From NCBI GenBank assembly GCA_030704615.1, contig CM060731.1, forward strand, positions 55,242,001 to 55,306,000: a DNA stretch of 64,000 nt, in the 5' to 3' direction. Below the pieces are notes generated by a model, which ran no database searches, had not been told where the DNA came from, and saw only the letters and a list, made by a program, of their open reading frames with translations. How positions within the stretch are numbered: the first letter of the stretch is position 1; the number at the start of each line of letters is the position of its first letter. A program made the position numbers and the translations under genes. Below are positions 58,501-64,000 of the stretch, piece after piece. This DNA comes from Takakia lepidozioides. Lineage: Eukaryota > Plantae > Bryophyta.

Positions 58501-61500
58501 TGTTAACTTCTAATGTAGTTTGCTCAAGCGTAGTTGTGAGTGTAGCACATTGTATGGCCATCCTGTCATGCACTGTCTGCAACTCCGTATGTAGTGCATT
58601 CACTTCTTGCAACTTGCTTTCATGCTTCACCTGCATTTGGTATAGCTGTTGCTTATGTGCTTCGTGCAACTGGTCTTGCGCGAGGCCTGCCTCAATCAAT
58701 TGTTCCTTGGCCAATTGCAAAGCAGCTTTTGTACTCTCTAAGTCTTGCTGTATCTTGAGAGTGGCCTCCTCATCGACCTTGTTTGCACACTCAGTGGCAA
58801 GTCGAGCCTCAAACTCCTTCCTGAGATCCTCCCTCAAAGCTGCCAATTGGGTAGTTGGAACATGGGATTTGACATAAGTGCCCAACAAATTAAGTGTCCT
58901 GCTTATGGAACTCATAAGCTTGGCCTGTTGAGGGTCATCATGGTGAGCTTGCTGCTGTTCTCCCTGATCCTCAATAGTGTGATGCCTCACGAACCATTCA
59001 GGCCATTGCCCGACCAGATTTTCTTCCTGAACCACTTCATCCGTCACAGGTGCTGCAGTGTCTTGACATTCTACCTGTGGTACCTCCGTCACAGGTGTGT
59101 GTATTATATGCACAGCAGGGTTTCCCCTGGACAACTATTGCACATCTGCAATCATTGTTTCCCTGACCAAGCCAGAATTTTCATAGAGAAGGTCCCCCTT
59201 CTCAATTTCTGCCACCACCTGTTCTGTAGTGGGGATATCTAACCCTTCTTTCTCCAAATCAATTATTTGTGGTGGAACTGCATGGACAACTTGTGGTAAC
59301 TCTGTGACAAGCCGATCATCTGGCTGTGATGGCTGTGATACTGAAGTAACTTCCTCTTCTCTCTCTGAAGGCCCTGCTTCCAATAATAGCAGCTCTCTGT
59401 GCCGTTGTGCCCCTTCCTGCACAAGAGCTTGGGAAACATTATCATGCGGTTTCCGTGAAGCCAGTGGATCCGCCACTACAGTCTTTCCCCGCCTCTGTCT
59501 CTTAGACTGGGGTTGCCCTGCCAGTCCACCCTCACTGTGTGAAGAGCCTTGCTCTTCCATTGCAGTGGTTTCGGTCTCAAACACTCCCATCTCCTTTCTT
59601 TCCCGAGCATCAAGTATGCAAGAATCAAGAATTATTTGAGCAATCATTGGGCCAGACACTATGATAGGAGACTTTGCGGCAGTGCCCTGTAATCTCTTCA
59701 TCACCTCTACCAGTGTGTTGTACATTATGTCTGCCCATGCTACCTCTTCTCCTCTCAGGGCTTTGAGTATTTCCTCTGTGAAGGATCTGCTCAAATACTG
59801 TTGGTTCTGTTTCATGGCAAACAGAACGTTCAATACCTGGCCTACCTCCCTTAGCCCTGGGTACACGGCCTTGGTACAAGCATAACCCTGAGTCTTAAAG
59901 AAACTCCCTTCTTGGAATAAGTCCCCTATTTGCAGTCTTGCCCTGTGCTCCTCCACATGCACCTGACCTGATGGCAATTCAAACAATTGCTGTAGGTATA
60001 GGGGAGTAATTTCTATTTCAACTCCCTTCACCGTTGTTGCTCCTGTCCTAGGCTCAAAGTTCTGTAAGAATTGTAACATGTACTGCCTATGGTGCAATGT
60101 CCAATCTTTGCTTTGCAATCCTTCTAACCGCAGCTCCTTCAGTAACTGTACCGCCTGTGGAGTAGCAATCGTTTGTTTTTGCAGGATTGTGGTGCTCTTC
60201 ACCCTGATTTCTTCCATTCCTCTCACTCTCTTCATTCTAGACCCACAGAAAGGTTTTGGCTGTAACAATTGAAGAAATGCCTGCAGGGCACAAAGCATAA
60301 ACGTATGGTTGCCACAAAATGCTATGGGTAATTTCTTGTAAGCCTGCGGGGCTTGCAAGCATCGATTAAGAGAAAAGATACTCTCAGTTCTTCTATCCCC
60401 GTGCCACTGCGTAAGTAGTATCGCGAGCGTATAGCCTGTTAGTTCCTCTATAACTTCAAAGCTATAGCATTGATGGTCTGTCCCGTCGAGACGCCCGTTA
60501 CTTGGAACGACGCCGACTCTTGTGCTTAAAATCCCTCCAATTTCTTGATCCTGCTTCTGGCTTATGATTGGCTGTAACCGCTGTGACTGGATTTTAGATT
60601 TAATTTCCTTCCATGGATTTTCCACTCTGGACTGTCCACTAGGATAGCACATGTGACATGGATTTCGCTTTTCGGTACTTTTAAAGGGTTCCGTTACCCT
60701 TTCCCTGTATGCATTAATGGGCCCATAATAAGTTAATGTGCCGGGTAGGTACTTTGACAGCCAATTTTGTCTTCTTCCTTGATGACAGTCGCCCTTGCAA
60801 TCCATGTCCGGCTGTGTGTCTCGCCCTGGCGTCCACGTGTCCATTTCTACACGTGCCTTCGTCCACTTTTCCGCTGGCCACTCTCCGGATGTTAACCCAC
60901 GTCCACCTGTCACGGATCCTATGGACTGTTTAACCCCAGTAAGTTGTGTTGAGTTGTGACAGGCTGTGTCATACTGTGGTACTCTGTGATAGGCTGTGTT
61001 GCACTGTGGTAGGCTGTGATAGGCTGTAACACGCTGTGGTAGGCTGTGATAGGCTGTGTCGCGCCGTGATGGGCTGTGATAGGCTGTGTCACCCTGTGAT
61101 GGGCTGTGATAGGCTGTGTGACACCGTGATGGGCTGTGATAGGCTGTTTTGTGCTTGTACTGCTCGCCCTGGTCATGTACGCTTGGCCTAGCGACAAGTG
61201 CTCCATACTCCGTTGGAATCACAAGCGTAGCCCGTGACTGCTTCTGCGTTTCAACATGCAAATCATGCTGCAATGGTTTGTCATGGATACCACTGTACCC
61301 CTTCAACTTATTGGCATTAACTCTTCCCAGCATCTCTTTATTAATGGTTTGTAACATGGCGGTGTTGTTATCATACATTTTCTGTATGACATAAGGTCCT
61401 TTCCATGGTGATTTAAGCTTAGAAGCTTTAATCTTTCCCTTCTTCTGCAACCAGAGAACCAAATCTCCCGTCTTAAAAGTCTTTAACTTGCCTTCATCAA

Positions 61501-63127
61501 ACTGTTACTTTCTCTTCATCTAAATTCTGGTCATATTATCAGCTGCATCAGCACGTACATCTTCCACATGGTATAATTCATGTTTCCTGGCCTTAATTGA
61601 ATCTTGCAATTCCATTCTCTTTCCCCATTCCGTTCTCATGGTAGGTAACAGGAATTCCATTGGAAGTAAAGCTTCCATACCATAAACTAATTGGAATGGT
61701 GTATACTTAGTGGTGACTTTATATGAAGTCCTGTATGACCACAAAGCTGTCAGCAGCTTTGTATCCCAATCCGTTCTGTTTGCATTGACTATCTTAGCCA
61801 AGATAGTACATAATATTTTGTTTGTAGCCTCTGCCTGCCCATTACCCTGTGGGTAATACGTTGTACTCTTCCTATGCACAATCACGAACTCTTTAGTCAA
61901 TACTTCAATGGTCTCATTAATGAAGTGACTTCCCTTATCACTGATAAATTCCAAGGGACAGCCAAATCGTGTAAGTATATTCTCATACAGGAACCTTGCT
62001 GTGGACTTGGCTGTGTTGTCCCTCAAAGCTTTAGCTTCCACCCACTTCGTAGTATAATCAGTGGCTGTAATTATGTACCTGTTCTGTGTATTCTTGGCTG
62101 GTGGGTTAATTGGTCCAACAAAGCCTAGTCCCCATTTTTGAAATGGTTCCGTAGGCATTGTAGGATGCAAAGCCATCTTCCCAGATCTCTGCAAAGGTCC
62201 TAGCCTCTGACATTCATCACAACTCTGACAATACTTGTGTACATCTTTGAACAAAGTAGGCCACCAGTAACCTACTAGTAGTATCTTCCTACTGGTAGTC
62301 TCTTCTCCAAAATGACCTCCAGCCACTCCTTTATGAACTTCCTCCAAAACTTTATTTACTTCATGGTGGTACAAGCATCGCTTCAGCACTCCATCTGGTC
62401 CTAGCTTATACATTCTGCTCCCTACCATAGTGTAAGGTAGAGCCTTGATAGCAATTCTCTTTCTCTGCTCCTTTCCATAACTTGGTGGGCACTGACCATG
62501 AGCAAGATAGTATCTGATTGGCCACTGCCAATCTAACCAGTCATCTGCACTTCCCTGCACCTCCACTGCAAATAGACTCGCATCTGGTAATTGATCATCT
62601 ACTCCCGTGGCTGGTTCTCCTGTTGATAACCGTGACAAGTGATCCGCCACAAGATGCAGCCTCCCAGGCTTGTAAACAACCTCGAACTCAAACTCGTGCA
62701 AGATTATCAACCATCTTGCTATTCTTCCGCTTATCAGAGGTTTGTTTACCAGGTATATCAGAGCCTGGTGATCCACATAGAACATAAACTTCTTGCCCAA
62801 CAGGTAATGCCTGAATTTCTTTACTGCATAGATCATTGCCAATGCTTCTCTTTCCGTTGTGCTATAATTTCTTTCAGCACTGTTCATCAACCTGCTAGCA
62901 TAGTACACAGGTGAATCTATATTTCCTGTAAAATTTTGGGCTAACACCAATCCCAACGCTTTTCCTGAGGCATCGCAGTGAACACTAAATATTTCCTGCC
63001 AGTGAGGATTAATCAGCACAGGTGTAGTTGTTACTGACAATGTAAGTTCCTCAAAAGCCTGTTGACATTCAGGTGTCCATGCAAACACTGCATCTTTCTT
63101 CAGAAGTTTGCTCAATGGTGCTGCTAT
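55553..63127 (-). mobile_element. Ty3/gypsy 3' half: RNase H, integrase, long in-frame extension, PPT (56639-56657), 3' LTR (55553-56638)
   Basis: ORFs 61520-63115, 59135-61462, 58214-59134, 57056-58207 and 56678-57040 are all in one frame; LTR has TG...CA ends. Confidence 0.95.
60950..61150 (-). repeat. 30-bp coding tandem repeat (TAYHSPSQGD-like decapeptide) in the gypsy extension
   Basis: acagcctatcacagcc recurs every 30 bp; a similar repeat at ~54500-54615. Confidence 0.85.
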
Positions 63128-64000
63128 GGGGGTTGCTATTTCATGAGCTCATGAGCGGGCATGGCTCACCCATGAGCCGCAAAGTAACACACTTCGAATT
63201 TCGGCAGATTTTTTTCGGGCCCAAAACTATAAAATAATCAAAAATCGAAAATTTCCGCGCTCATGCTGGAAGCACTCCGCTCATGAGTACCAGTGTACGC
63301 TCATGACTTGGAGCCCAGGCTCATGGACCGCTAGGCCAGGTCATAGAAAAACTGAATTCTGGGCAATAACGGCACCGAAATTATCCAGAGGCAGAGACGC
63401 AAGCGGAATTAGGATCCGGGTTTGCAGACTCCGAAAACGCAATGGCGACCTATAACCGTGGATAGTACTGTTGCAGAAGTGCATGATGGTTGGGTATAAC
63501 GGCGCCGTAATTGGGCACAGGAAAAGAAATAGCCGGCTGAAGGCTCGGGAGTGAAGCCAACAACGGTGAAAGTAATTGGGCTCCGCCAACCAAATACCCG
63601 GCTGCATCCTCCGGAGTGCAGGCGATAACGGCGCCGAAATGGGCCCGAAAATCAAATACTCGGTTGAAGCCACCGGAGTGCAGCCGATAACGGCGCCGAA
63701 ATTGGGTCCGGAAACCAAATACCCGGCTGAAGGCTAGGGATTGCAACCAATAACGGCGCCGAAATTGACCTGCGGAAACAAAATTCTTGGCTGAAGCTTC
63801 CGCACTCCATCCAATAACGGCGCCAAAATTGGGCTCCGGAGAGCAAATACCCGCCTTACGGTAAGGGAGGCCTTGCTCTCATTTTGCTCTTCACTCTTCT
63901 CTGTTGTGCCCATCTCCTCCCTGCTTTGAGTTCGTGCTATGTCGTGAGGCCATGTCGTGCCCGAATCACATCTATCGACGCCAGACGGGAGTCATTTTCC
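63128..64000. mobile_element. Mutator-like element, copy 3: TIR and subterminal ~63-bp array; continues beyond the window
   Basis: GGGGGTTGCTATTTCATGAGCTCATGAGCGGGCATG begins where gypsy pol stops; ATAACGGCGCCGAAATT-type cores at 63501, 63630, 63692, 63755, 63819. Confidence 0.8.

Noticed and set aside
56678-61522. Programmed stop read-through or U-to-C editing of the in-frame TAG codons
   Set aside because: Sister copies have CAG at three of these sites, so C-to-T deamination in methylated CHG context is the simpler explanation.

Overview
Eukaryotic, transposon-dense nuclear DNA, most likely from a non-seed land plant (inferred from the PLS-DYW PPR gene, OSB-type PDF motifs and plant TE lineages), with a 500-N gap at 21978-22477. 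Host genes: an intronless PRP38B-like splicing factor (-) and a PLS-class PPR-DYW editing factor (+) preceded by intron-split PDF-motif exons, plus several pseudogenised paralogue fragments. About half the window is nested pieces of one non-chromovirus Ty3/gypsy family. That family has an extra 5' ORF and a roughly 1,500-codon in-frame extension after the integrase. There is also the 3' half of a CACTA element. The most striking feature is a Mutator-like (MULE) family seen as three partial copies (about 3.2-12.7 kb, 17.6-22 kb, 63.1-64 kb). It pairs a GCM-like/DDE/SWIM transposase with a divergently oriented, spliced accessory gene encoding a ParB/Srx-like domain fused to a beta-class N4C/N6A DNA-methyltransferase-like domain. 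Its non-coding parts hold dozens of copies of a palindrome (core TTCGGCGCCGAA), mostly spaced at 53, 63, 74 or 95-96 bp, i.e. near whole helical turns. All three visible termini are inserted in the same gypsy family. All domain calls are by eye from motifs; no searches were run.
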